Assembly: GCA_963714015.1 (NCBI GenBank)
Contig: OY970223.1
Location: forward strand, 2,496,001-2,560,000
DNA from: Vulcanimicrobiota bacterium
Lineage (GTDB): Bacteria > Vulcanimicrobiota > Vulcanimicrobiia > Vulcanimicrobiales > Vulcanimicrobiaceae
Reading direction: 5' to 3'
Length of the DNA: 64,000 bases
The notes under the pieces are model-generated. The model saw nothing but the letters and a program-made list of their open reading frames with translations. It made no database searches and was not told the origin of the DNA. How positions within the stretch are numbered: position 1 is the first letter of the stretch; the number at the start of each line of letters is the position of its first letter. This document shows positions 41,382 to 52,468 of this stretch, piece after piece. The position numbers were made by a program, and so were the translations under genes.

Positions 41382-44269
41382 CTCAGAAGCGTTTGCGTCG
41401 CTCTTCCGGCACTCGCCGGCCGGAATCGCCGCGCTCGACATGCGCGGCGCATTCGTGGCGTGCAACGCGGCATTCACTCGAATAACCGGCTTCGTCGCGG
41501 ATCGCGTTATCGGACGCACTCCGGCGGAATTGGACCGCATCGCGCTGCGCTCGTTCGTCGAAGAAGCGCTCGTCGCGGCGCAAAGCGGCGATTCGCTGAA
41601 GCAGGATATCGAGTTCCTTCGCTTGGACGGCGCTGCGGTTTGGTGCGAGGTCACGAGTATCCCGGTCGGCGGAAGCACCGGCGTCCATCTTTTCGTCATT
41701 TTTCAGGACATCACGTGGCGCAGTTCGGGAACGGCGCCCAATGCCGCGGCGGAGATAGGTCAGCTCCGCGCCAACTTCCGTTTGATGTTCGAGCACAATC
41801 CCTCGGTCGTGCTCGCAATCGACTTGGACAACCGGATCATGGACGTCAACCCCGCCGGCGTTCGCATCAGCGGATACCGGCGCGAGGAGATCGTCGGGCA
41901 GAACGTCGCTTCGTTCGTTCCCCCGAGCCAGCGTGACCGTCTGCGCATGCTGCTCAAACAAGCGTCGAGCGGTGAAACGGTCAGTTTTCCAATCGACGCC
42001 TATGCCGCGGACGGCCGGCTCATTCAATATGAGGCTACGGCGCTGCCGACGATCTCACAGAATCGAGTCGTCGGGATCTACGGTTTGCTTGAAAACGTCA
42101 CGGAACGAATGCGCGCGGAACGGACGGTGGCCGCTCAGCGCGAAGAGCTGCATGGATCTGGAAAGCGACTTTCGATCGCTCTTCGAGAACAATCCGGACG
42201 GCGTCTTTCTGCTCTCCACGGATGGGGCGATATTGGACCTCAACGGCACTGCGTGCCGGATCAGCGGGTCGTCGCGCGAAGAGCTCATCGCCCGGAACTT
42301 CCGGTCCTACCTGGAAGGCGAAGCGCTCGACCGCGCATGGAACTTCTTCACGCGCGCAGTCAACGGCGAACCATTGCGGTACGAGCTCGAAACGAAGAAC
42401 ACGGACGCGAGCGAACTCGTCTTGGACGTCACGCTCTTCCCGAAGTACGCGCAAGGCCTCGTCGTGGCGGTCTACTGCGTCATGCAGGACATTACCGAGC
42501 GGCGGCAGGCTCAGCGAAAACTCGAACATCAAGCGGCGCGCGTACGCGATCTTTATCATCTGGCGATCGCCCCCGAGCACGGCGAGACGCAAGTCATGTC
42601 CACGCTGCAGACCTGCGCCAGACTTCTGGGAATGGACGGCGGCGCGATCGTCGATCTGACGGGTGAGCCGAAAATCGAGATACGTTACGATGAAACAGCT
42701 GACCCTGCGTTCGACGAGGCGGCAATCCTCACGCTGGCCAAGCGGATTTCAGATCGCAACGACGCTGCTTCAGCCGGCGCGGGCGATCCGCGCGACCGCT
42801 CGCGCGGATCTTGGGTCGGTGCGCGTGTCATGGTCGCCGGAAAACCGCAGGGCGTGCTGCTTTTTTACTCCGGAATCAGCCGCGCCGCGTTCGAGGAGAT
42901 CGATCTCGACACCATTGCGCTGATGTCGGCGCTCGTGGGCAGTGCTCTGGAACGCCGGCGCACGCGCGGAGATCTTCGCGCGCTGGCATACTTCGACTCG
43001 CTCACGGGATTGCCGAACCGAGCCTTCTTTCAGGAGCGCCTGCGCGACTCGCTGCTCGATATTCGCGGCCGCGCGGAACCCGTCGCCGTGATGTACTTCG
43101 ATCTGGACCGCTTCAAGGACATCAACGATGCGCTCGGTCACGCAATGGGCGATCGCTTTTTGCAGCTCGTGGCCCGGCGCCTCTCCGATGCAATCGGCAA
43201 GACCGGTCTCGTGGCGCGCATGGGCGGCGACGAATTCGCCGTGCTGCTTCCGAATTGCGCGAACGTGGAGCAAATCCAGCGCCTGGCCGAGAGTTTGCTC
43301 AAGACGATCGAAGAGCCGTACCAGCTGGACGAGTTCGAACAGTTCGTCACGACCAGTATCGGCGTCTCCATATACCCTGTCGATGGCCGCGACGATCAGA
43401 CGATGATCAAGAACGCCGACATCGCCATGTACGAGGTGAAGGATCATGGCGGCAACGGCTACCTGTTCTATCACGAATCTCTCGAAGCGCCGATACACAC
43501 GCGGCTCGCGCAAGAGAAGATTCTGCGTCGCGCGATCGAAAGCGAACAGTTCGTGCTGCACTATCAGCCGATCGTCGACGTCGTAACGGAACGTCTGGTC
43601 GGCGTCGAGGCGCTCGTGCGCTGGAACGATCCGCAGCGCGGTCTCATCTATCCGGATCAGTTCATTCCGACCGCCGAAGCCAGCGGGCTGATCGTTCGTC
43701 TGGGTGAATGGATCTTCGAAACGGCGGCGCGGCAATTGCGCGAGTGGAACGCGCGGTACGGCGATCTGTACCTGGCGGTGAACGTTTCCGCGCGGCAGTT
43801 TCATCAGCCGAACCTCTGCCAGCGCCTGGCCGAAATCCTCGATTCGATTGGCTTGGCTTCTCACTGGATCGAGATCGAGATCACGGAGAGCATGGTCATC
43901 GCCGACATCGGCCACGCAGTCGATACGGTGCACCGCCTCAAGAACATGGGCGCCCACATCGGCGTGGACGACTTCGGCACGGGGCATTCCTCGCTGAACT
44001 ACCTGCGCCGCTTCGAAATCGACCACGTGAAGATCGACCGGTCTTTCATCGCCGGCATTGGAAGCGAACGCAGCGACGAAGGCATCGTGAAAGCCATCAT
44101 TTCGATGGCGAGCAGTCTTGGACTGCAGACTGTTGCCGAAGGCGTGGAGACACGCGACCAGCTGGAGTTTCTGCGCGTGCACGGCTGCAATCGCGCTCAA
44201 GGGTACCTCTTTTCGAGGCCGCTCGACGCCGCGTCGTTCGAAGCGCGAATTGCCGAACTGCTCGCGTAG
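41362..44269 (+). CDS. PAS-PAS-PAS-GAF-GGDEF-EAL c-di-GMP enzyme (frameshift ~42151)
   Basis: Three PAS repeats, DSLTGLPNR, RMGGDEF, VEALVRW, DDFGTG. Two ORFs join by removing one base. Confidence 0.9.
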
Positions 44270-44314
44270 CGCGGCTGCATAGGAACCCGAACCGAGACTC
44301 GGTAAGCATTCGGA

Positions 44315-45578
44315 ATGAATACGCTTGCAGCGGAGCTGGACCGGGCCTCCCTTGCGGATTGGTACCGTCGCAACCGGGAGCGTTCCGCCTTTCTATTCGG
44401 GCTCGTCGATCCGAGCGCTTACTACAGCCGCCCAATTGCTTTGCGCCACCCGTTCGCATTTTACGAAGGGCACCTTCCCGCATTCAGTTACCTGACGCTC
44501 AACGAACGTTCGCTCGGCGAAGCGCCCATCGATGCTACGCTCGAGAAGCTCTTCGAGCGGGGAATCGATCCGTCGAGCGTTCAGGCGGCACAGCGCCACG
44601 AGCGCGGGGATTGGCCGTCGCGGGCGCACATTCTGGAATTCGGTGCGCGCTGTGACGAACGCGTGTATGCAGCGCTCGCGCGGCAGTAAGCTCGTCGAGG
44701 ATGGGAATCCGCGGTTGGTGCGCGGTCAGGCGGTCTTCACGGTGCTCGAACACGAACCGATGCATCACGAAACGCTGACGTACATCCTCAACCGGCTATC
44801 ACCGGAGTTAAAGGTTCACATACCGCAACGTCACCGCGATACGAAGCCGCCGCAGAATACCTTCGCCGACGTCCCCGGCGGGATCGCGACATTGGGAGCA
44901 GATCGGGACCGGATTCCGTTCGGCTGGGATAATGAGTTCCAAGGGCATGACGAGCACGTCCCCGCGTTCTCCGTGCAGCGATATGCGGTAACGAACGGCG
45001 AGTATTTGCGTTTCGTGCGCGACGGGGGCACCGTCCCGCCATTTTGGACGGAACGCAACGGCGAATTCAAGCTGCTCGGCGCGTTCGAAGAACTTCCGTT
45101 GCCGCTTTCGTGGCCGGTATACGCGACGAACGAGCAAGCCCGGGCGTACGCAAAATGGAACGGATCGCGGCTGATGACGGAACCGGAGTATCATCGCGCC
45201 GCCTATGCTTCGCCCGCTGCGACCACGCGACGCTTCCCTTGGGGAGAAGCGCAGGCGGACGCAACTCGCGGAAACTTTGATTTTGCGCGCTTCGATCCGG
45301 AGCCGGTAGACGCGCATCCCGCGGGCGCCAGCGCCTGGGGCATCGAGCAGCTGGTGGGCAACGGCTGGGAGTGGACGCAGACGCCGTTCCAACCATTCCC
45401 CGGCTTTGAACCCATGGCGAGCTACGCGCAGTATAGCGCCGACTTTTTCGACGGCAAGCATTTTGTCATGAAGGGCGCCTCACCGGTAACGGCGCGCGAA
45501 TTGCTCCGGCCTTCATTCCGGAATTGGTTCTACACGGACTACCCGTACATGTACGCGAAATTCCGCTGCGTGCGCTAG
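44315..45578 (+). CDS. EgtB/OvoA-like non-heme iron sulfoxide synthase (DinB + FGE-sulfatase; frameshift ~44681)
   Basis: RPIALRHP..FYEGH, EHEPMHHETL metal motif, FGWDNE, GNGWEWT, YSADFFDG, RPSFRNW. Confidence 0.85.
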
Positions 45579-45642
45579 AGGGCAGAGCAGGCAGGGCTGT
45601 CCGGCCGGCGTGCCGCAGAACCAGCGTCGCAAGGAGAAAGAC

Positions 45643-47094
45643 GTGAGCACTACCCTGACTGCCAAAAAGACGCCAATCACCGTCGCGTACGGCGACGGAA
45701 TCGGACCTGAGATTATGGACGCGACGCTGCGCATGATCAACGCCGCGGGCGCGCAGCTCGAAATCGAAAATATCGAGATCGGCGAAAGCGTTTATAATCG
45801 CGGACTTTCGAACGGCATCGAAGACACGTCGTGGGAATCCCTGCGAAGGACGAAAGTCTTTCTGAAAGCGCCGATCACCACACCCCAGGGCGGCGGCTTC
45901 AAATCGCTCAACGTCACGGTGCGCAAGACCCTGGGAATGTATGCCAACGTGCGTCCGTGCGCGTCGCTGCATCCCTTTATCGCAACGAAACACCCGCATA
46001 TGAACTTGGTCATCGTTCGCGAAAACGAAGAGGACGTGTACGGCGGCATCGAGCACCGCCAGACGAATCAGGTCACGCAGTGTCTGAAGCTGATCTCGCG
46101 TCCCGGCAGCGAGCGCATCGTACGCTACGCCTTCGAGTACGCTCGCGCCAACAAGCGCAAGAAAGTGACCTGCTTCACCAAAGACAACATCATGAAGATC
46201 ACGGACGGATTATTCCATAAGGTCTTCGACGAGATCGCCGCCGAGTATCCGGACGTCGAGAACGAGCATTGGATCGTCGATATCGGGGCCGCCAAAATGG
46301 CGGATACGCCCGAAGCCTTCGACGTGCTGGTAATGCCCAATCTTTACGGTGACGTGCTCTCGGACGTGGCGGCGCAGATTACCGGATCCGTCGGCTTGGC
46401 CGGTTCGGCCAATATCGGCGATCACTGCTCGATGTTCGAAGCAATTCACGGTTCCGCGCCTAGGCGCGCGGGACAGAACCTTGCGAATCCTTCCGGACTG
46501 ATGCATGGCGCGCTGCTCATGCTCGTGCATATCGGCCAAGGCGAAATCGCCGAGAAAGTGCACAACGCGTGGTTGCGCACCATCGAGGACGGCGTGCACA
46601 CGTACGACATTTATAAGGAAGGCATCAGCCGCCACAAAGTCGGCACGCGAGAATTTGCGGACGCCGTTATTGCGCGCCTGGGCGAAAAGCCGCAGCAGCT
46701 CGAGCCGGTGGAGTACGCTAAAGGCGTGCAGATGGACATCGCTGCGCGCGCCGAAGGTACGCGCGCGGCGAAAGAGCGCGTAGGCGTAGACGTCTTCATC
46801 GACAAGGCCGGCGGCGATCCCGATCGCCTGGCTGAACAGCTCGCCGCGGCAGCAGTTGACGGCGCGAAGCTGACGGTAATAAGCAATCGAGGAACCAAGG
46901 TGTGGCCCAACGGAAATCCCGACACGTTCTGGAGCGATCACTGGTGCTGCCGTTTCGAGGGTAAGCCGTTCACGGCAGATCACGTCGCGCGTTTGATTCA
47001 ATCGGTCGGCGCGGCCGGTTTCGACGTCGTCAAGACTGAGGGTCTCTACACGTTCGACGGCGCCCGCGGATACTCGTTAGCGCAAGGTCAGTAA
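45643..47094 (+). CDS. icd: NADP-dependent isocitrate dehydrogenase (long form)
   Basis: GDGIGPEIM, LKAPITTPQGGG.KSLNV, KDNIMK, NLYGD, FEAIHGSAP. SD AAGGAG before GTG. Confidence 0.95.
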   Translation: MSTTLTAKKTPITVAYGDGIGPEIMDATLRMINAAGAQLEIENIEIGESVYNRGLSNGIEDTSWESLRRTKVFLKAPITTPQGGGFKSLNVTVRKTLGMYANVRPCASLHPFIATKHPHMNLVIVRENEEDVYGGIEHRQTNQVTQCLKLISRPGSERIVRYAFEYARANKRKKVTCFTKDNIMKITDGLFHKVFDEIAAEYPDVENEHWIVDIGAAKMADTPEAFDVLVMPNLYGDVLSDVAAQITGSVGLAGSANIGDHCSMFEAIHGSAPRRAGQNLANPSGLMHGALLMLVHIGQGEIAEKVHNAWLRTIEDGVHTYDIYKEGISRHKVGTREFADAVIARLGEKPQQLEPVEYAKGVQMDIAARAEGTRAAKERVGVDVFIDKAGGDPDRLAEQLAAAAVDGAKLTVISNRGTKVWPNGNPDTFWSDHWCCRFEGKPFTADHVARLIQSVGAAGFDVVKTEGLYTFDGARGYSLAQGQ

Positions 47095-47095
47095 C

Positions 47096-47833
47096 ATGCT
47101 GGGGCTTACGCCCGTCGACGTACTACAGCGCGCCGAAGACGTTTGGCACGCCCAGAGCCTTCCGCCGTTCGTCGAGTTCACGAGCCGGGTTCAAGGTCAG
47201 AGCGATCCGGTCGTCGTGATCGTTCGAACCGAAGATGGGGCCATCTATACGCAGAGCCTTCCTTCTTCACCGGCTCAAGGTGCCAAGGCGGTCGCCGGAT
47301 CGCATTTGACGGGCCCGGATGGTTCGCCGCTAGGATTCTGTTTCAGCAACGCTCATTGCAGCGGCGTGCTGCAGGCAGATCCGTTCTCAACTCCGCCTCC
47401 CTCGCCGACGAACGCCAAGACGATTGCAACCGTGCATGCCTACGCCGACGCGTATTCGGTTACGTTCGGGCCCAAGAAAAAATTCAAAGGGCACAAAGTT
47501 TACGACCTCGCGATGCAGCCCCGCCACGATCCGGGCCGCTATCAGCTGCGCGAGATGCTCGTCGACGCAAACGACTATCGCGTCTGGGAACTCACGTACG
47601 AGTCCGTTCCATCTCGTCCCGGGCTCCTGTTGCGCTACGATTTCGGACCGGTGAAGGACACGTGGTACCTGCAGTACATTTGCGTTTACCTGCCGAGCCG
47701 ATTCAAAGGCGACCCCGGCGGGTGCACGCTGGAGTCGACGGGTTTGTGGAACTTCTCGTTTCCCAAACTCGTTCCGGATTTCTATTTCGACTCGAACCTT
47801 TTCACGCCGACGCCCACGCCGCCCAATTACTGA
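47096..47833 (+). CDS. Hypothetical protein
   Basis: 245-aa ORF starting 1 nt after the icd stop, Pro/Thr linker. Confidence 0.65.
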   Translation: MLGLTPVDVLQRAEDVWHAQSLPPFVEFTSRVQGQSDPVVVIVRTEDGAIYTQSLPSSPAQGAKAVAGSHLTGPDGSPLGFCFSNAHCSGVLQADPFSTPPPSPTNAKTIATVHAYADAYSVTFGPKKKFKGHKVYDLAMQPRHDPGRYQLREMLVDANDYRVWELTYESVPSRPGLLLRYDFGPVKDTWYLQYICVYLPSRFKGDPGGCTLESTGLWNFSFPKLVPDFYFDSNLFTPTPTPPNY

Positions 47834-47836
47834 ACC

Positions 47837-47887
47837 GTGCGCATCGTAAGCCTGCTGCCGAGCGCGACCGAAAGCCATCACGCCTAA
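47837..47887 (+). pseudogene. N-terminal stub of a BtuF/helical-backbone ABC substrate-binding protein
   Basis: GTG start encoding MRIVSLLPSATE, then unrelated residues and TAA. Confidence 0.6.
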
Positions 47888-47917
47888 CGTCGCGTAACTC
47901 CGCTAATCTCCAGGATT

Positions 47918-48934
47918 TCACTTGACCGGCGCAACGGAAATGATGCCGTGCACGGCGTCGTAGGTTACGACGCGATCGAAGAATGCCCGAATTCCGGTAT
48001 TCGTCAGCGGACGGCTGACCGTCGTTTCTATCTTGATTTTATCGCCGTATGACATTCCGGCCGTAATCGACGTTGCCGGCGCGGTAGCCCCAGATGGAGC
48101 AAAGCCTATGCGCGTCGCGGGACTTACTGTACCATCACGCTGCGGAATCGAACCGGTGTCCGAGTCTCGTATCCACGCCACGCCGTTTCCGGTATCGAAA
48201 GAGATTCCTAAACATGTGGCGGTGGGTACGTCGTTCACGAAGATACAAGCTCGCCCATTCTGCCATCTCGCGCCGTTGCCGTTCGCGGCCGTCAGCGGAA
48301 ACCGAACCGCGCCGGACGATGCCGGATCGCCCAAAGCTAAGTCTCCACCCGCCGGGGTAAGTCGAATGCTGTACACCGAACCATACGGCGACGGTAATGC
48401 CAGTATTGGATTGATAACGGGCATCGCGCCGGTAATCCCCGCGCCGAATATGCCATACACGCCGCCGTGCGCTTGAGGACTTTCGAGGCTCGGAATTTTA
48501 CATTGCGGGTAATTTGCCGCACACTTCGCGGAAGTGAGATACGCAATGGGAACCGCAGGTGTCGTCAAACCGCCGAAATGCAGGGGCGCCGAACACATCA
48601 CGCCCGCATAGGTTACGCGGCCCGGATTGCCGACCGTGAAGGAAACCGGCTTTTCAGAGCATGACACGCCGCTGCCGCTTCGATCGAGTTTAGCGGCTGC
48701 AAATACGTGCAGCCCTTCGGACGCAGTGTCAAAGGTCATCGGCAGCGGCGGCAAACTCCCCATCCCGATATTGATATTTGCCTTATACGTGCCGAACCGG
48801 GCATTGCGCTCGACAACAAGCGGAATATGAATGACGTTACCTGAAGGAGCCGGTGACTGCGCATTCGCGCCTGCGCTCGCGGCTATGACCGCAATGAAAA
48901 CCGAAGATACCCGTAGCGCTGCCAAGCGATTCAT
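47918..48934 (-). CDS. Secreted protein, possible pepsin-like aspartic peptidase fold
   Basis: Signal peptide, two hydrophobic-FDT(A/G) motifs (MTFDTAS, ISFDTGN), GIFGAG, C-terminal VVTYD...GII. Confidence 0.6.
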   Translation of the reverse strand: MNRLAALRVSSVFIAVIAASAGANAQSPAPSGNVIHIPLVVERNARFGTYKANINIGMGSLPPLPMTFDTASEGLHVFAAAKLDRSGSGVSCSEKPVSFTVGNPGRVTYAGVMCSAPLHFGGLTTPAVPIAYLTSAKCAANYPQCKIPSLESPQAHGGVYGIFGAGITGAMPVINPILALPSPYGSVYSIRLTPAGGDLALGDPASSGAVRFPLTAANGNGARWQNGRACIFVNDVPTATCLGISFDTGNGVAWIRDSDTGSIPQRDGTVSPATRIGFAPSGATAPATSITAGMSYGDKIKIETTVSRPLTNTGIRAFFDRVVTYDAVHGIISVAPVK

Positions 48935-49018
48935 CGCACCTCACTCCGTAGAGAATGCCGGTTACGCACCAGCATATCAGGCCCGATTCGACGGCTCAGG
49001 AGAATCGCATGAGAATCT

Positions 49019-49597
49019 TTACGGCGTCTCATTTAGCGCGATCAGGAGCGGTCCCGAGTCCTCTATGCGAACTCGTGTGATGCTCGCCGGCGTTAAGCGC
49101 ACCTTGAGCGTTTCCCGGAACGCCGGATCGCGATCGGCGAAAAGCAGGTGGAGCATTGCGTGAAGCGGACCTGCGTGCGTGACGACGAGCGCGCGTTCGC
49201 AGCTCCTGTGCCGCAAATCTTCAAGCGCCTTGCCGACTCGATCGCACACCGCAGAGAACGTTTCACCGCCGATGGGCTCGTATGCCGCTGCCGCGTGTTC
49301 GCGATTGCCTGACTGCGGCCAGCGCAGCACGATCTGATCCCAAGTCAGCCCTTCCCACAGGCCGAAGGAAAATTCGCGCCACCGCGGATCGACCTCGACG
49401 CGTCCTTCTCCGCAGATGGTGCGCGCCGTTTCCAGCGCGCGCGAAAGATCGCTGCTGACTGCGTAATCGAAGCTCTCCGCCTGCAGCGCGCCGGCCAAAG
49501 CTCGCGCTTGCGCGCGGCCTTCCGCATTCAGCGGAAGGTCGCTGTGGCCCTGAAAACGCCGTTCGCTATTCCAGTCCGTCGCGCCGTGACGAACCAA
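49019..49597 (-). CDS. Histidine phosphatase family protein
   Basis: VRHGATDWN, SSDLSRA.ET, EFSFGLWEG, VVTHAG. Start uncertain. Confidence 0.92.
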   Translation of the reverse strand: MVRHGATDWNSERRFQGHSDLPLNAEGRAQARALAGALQAESFDYAVSSDLSRALETARTICGEGRVEVDPRWREFSFGLWEGLTWDQIVLRWPQSGNREHAAAAYEPIGGETFSAVCDRVGKALEDLRHRSCERALVVTHAGPLHAMLHLLFADRDPAFRETLKVRLTPASITRVRIEDSGPLLIALNETP

Positions 49598-49618
49598 CGT
49601 GAGGAGAATCGGAGGGGA

Positions 49619-50179
49619 TTACGTTTGACCGTGCGTCGTGGTGTCGTGCTGCTCCAGCAGATCCACCATGTCGTTGGCATGCTCTTCTTCCACCGCCAGA
49701 ATCTGTTCGAGCATGCGGCGCGTCGTCGGATCGTTCTCGCCGAAAAAGCGCACCATCTCCCGGTAGGATTCGATAGCGACGCGTTCCGCGACGAGATTCT
49801 CCTTGATCATGTCGATCATGTCTTTGCCCTCGCGATACTCGGAGTGGCTGCGCGAGCTCAAACCGTCCGGGTTGAAATTCGGCTCGCCGCCGAGTTGCGT
49901 AATACGCTCGGCAATCATGTCGGCGTGTTCCTGCTCTTCGTTTGCGTGCTGGAGGAATTCCTCGGCAACGGACTCCTTGTAAATTCCGCGCGCCATGTAA
50001 AAATGACGCTTGTAGCGCAGCACGCAGACGATCTCCGTCGCTAAGGCTTGGTTGAGGACGTCGACGGCCCGGTTCACATCGCCCCGATAGTCGCTGGTTA
50101 CCGGCCCGCGCATCATGTTCTCACGCGCGCGACGGCGAAGTTCTTGAACGTCCGAAAGAAACGGCGTTGTACTAGTCAT
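49619..50179 (-). CDS. Bacterioferritin/ferritin-like protein
   Basis: LATE...LRYKRH, EEQEHAD, ENLVAE, EEEHAND di-iron motifs. SD GGAGG before ATG 50179. Confidence 0.9.
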   Translation of the reverse strand: MTSTTPFLSDVQELRRRARENMMRGPVTSDYRGDVNRAVDVLNQALATEIVCVLRYKRHFYMARGIYKESVAEEFLQHANEEQEHADMIAERITQLGGEPNFNPDGLSSRSHSEYREGKDMIDMIKENLVAERVAIESYREMVRFFGENDPTTRRMLEQILAVEEEHANDMVDLLEQHDTTTHGQT

Positions 50180-50198
50180 GTTAATCCTCCTATACCCA

Positions 50199-50830
50199 TT
50201 ACAGTGCCTGTCGCGTAAGGTCGGCCGCGAGCCCGGCGAGATGGCGGTCGACGCACTCGTGCAGCAGCGTCCACCGGCCGTCCTCGATCTCGAACTCGGC
50301 ATACGACGCATTGAGCGCCCGCACATGCCGCAGCTCGCTAATCGGGCGGCCGCTGCGGTCCAAAAGGGCGATTCGGACCACGACGTCATGCGTCATCACG
50401 AGCGTGTCGCCAGCCGGTTCGAAGGCTGCAGCAAACGCCTTCCAGCGCTCGAGTACGTCTTCCAAACTCTCGCCGCCGGCAAAGCGCACGCGTTCGGGAT
50501 GCTCGCGCCATTCATAGTACAGACTCGGGCTCCGTGCGCGCGATCTCTTCGCGATACCGGCCTTGCCACGTACCGTGGCCTATTTCGACCAGAAGAGGTT
50601 CGATTTCGATGCCTACTCCCGTTCGCGCGGACAACGGAAGGGCCGTCTGTACGCAGCGAGATAGCGGGCTCGAGATGATGCGGCCGACGCCCTTGTCCTG
50701 CAACGCAGCGCAAAGCGCTTGCGCCTGCGCTTGACCCAGCGGCGAAAGCGGAGTCTCCAGCCGGCCTTGGTATCGTCCGACCGCGTTCCACGTAGTCTCG
50801 CCGTGACGAGCTGATTCGAACGATCGGCAC
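50199..50830 (-). CDS. Histidine phosphatase, probable metal-independent phosphoserine phosphatase (frameshifts ~50812 and ~50523)
   Basis: Reconstructed: ARHGETTWNAVGRYQG..SSPLSRC..EIGHGTWQG..GGES..VMTHD. Coupled to the serA stop. Confidence 0.8.
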
Positions 50831-52417
50831 TAGAACGCTGCGGCGTCCACGCGCCGCATGCCGCCGATTTCACGCACCCGCTGCAACTCTTCCGGCGTTA
50901 TGGGCCGATCGACGGCGAGCACCATGAGCGCTTCCGAAGATGCGGCATTTCGCGCAACTTGCATCGTCGAGATGTTCACGCCCGCGTCACCTAAGATCGT
51001 GCCGACGCGTCCGACCATGCCCGGAACGTCTTCGTGACGCGTCAGAATCCATGCGCCTTGCGGAATAGCGTCGAGCTCGTAGCCGTCGATGTCGACGACT
51101 CGTGGTCCGCCCGAAAGCACGGTCGCCGTGATTCTGCGATCGCCGGCGAGCACGGAAAGGAACGATGCAAAAACGGATGACTGCGGTTCCGGCACGAGTT
51201 CGACGCTCAATCCGACCTCGGTTGCAACCTTTAGCGCGTTGACGATTGAAACGCGTCGCTCGGTCGTCGTCTGCAGCAATGCGGCGAGGAACGCAGCTTG
51301 CACGGGCCGCGCATCCGCTGCCGCGAGTTCTCCGCCCAAATGCATGCGCAGACGTGAACGGAGCGCCTCTTCGAAAATCTGCGGAACCAGGCGTCCAAGA
51401 CGGTCCGCTACCTCCACGAAACTCTGAACTTTTTCGGCCTGCGCACCCGTCGGAGCCGGAGCATTCACGGCGCCGGCAGCCGGTTTTCCGTTCAGTGCAT
51501 CGGCGACGTCGCGCGCCAACTCCACTGCTATTCGCTCGAGAGCCTCGTGCGTCGAACCGCCGAGATGCGGCGTCGCCAAAACTCTGGGATGCCGCTGGAG
51601 CTGCTCGCTGGAAGAACCCGGCGTTGGAGGCTCCTGCGCGAGGACGTCGATCGCGGCCGCGGTAATCACACCGTTATCGAGTGCGGCGATGAGCGCCTGT
51701 TCGTCGATCGCGCCGCCTCTGGAGCAATTGACCAGCACGGCAGTCCGTTTCATGCGCTGCAGCCGGTGCCTGTCGATCATTGCGCGGGTATGCGCGTTGA
51801 GCGGCACGTGAAGCGTCACGACGTCCGCCGACCCAAGCAACTCGTCCAGACCCGCGGGTTCTACGCCAAGCGCTTCGGCCCGCGCTTGCGGCACGTACGG
51901 ATCGTGCGCGATGACGCGCATGCCGAATGCGCGCGCTCGAATCGCAACGGCGCCGCCGATGCGTCCAAGGCCGATGATTCCAAGTGTCTTGCCGTAAAGC
52001 TCGTTTCCGACGAACGGCGCGCGTTCCCATCGACCTTCCCGGATCGACGCGTTCGCTTGGGGAAGCCGGCGCATGACCCCCAGCAGCAGCGCGAACATTT
52101 GCTCCGTCGCTGCGATCGTGTTCGCCGCGGGCGTGTTGACCACGAGGATTCCGGCTTCGGTGGCGGCATCCACGTCGATGGCATCGACGCCCACGCCGGC
52201 ACGTCCGATCACGCGCACGTTCGGCGCTTGCGCCAATAGATCTCGATCGACGCGCGTTTCGGAACGAACGATGAGTCCATCCGCGTCGCGCAATGCAGCG
52301 TATCAGTTCTTCCCGCGGACTCCCAACGCACGAAACGACGTCGATCCCACGCTCTCGCAGTACGGAGCGGCCGCTCGCGGCAAACGGTTCCGCAATCACG
52401 ACTCTGGACGACGGCAT
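50830..52417 (-). CDS. serA: D-3-phosphoglycerate dehydrogenase (frameshift ~52300)
   Basis: GRAGVGVD, GLGRIG, TPHLGGST, C-terminal ACT domain (DVPGMVG). The N-terminus MPSSRVVIAEPF lies in the adjacent frame. Confidence 0.93.
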
Positions 52418-52468
52418 AGCCGCGAGTTCCACCCAGGGCCGGTCGCCCCTTGCGTCGTAGGTCGAATC

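Noticed and set aside
44680..44695. Selenocysteine or stop-codon readthrough in the EgtB-like gene
   Set aside because: The stop is TAA and the continuation is in another frame; a one-base insertion explains it
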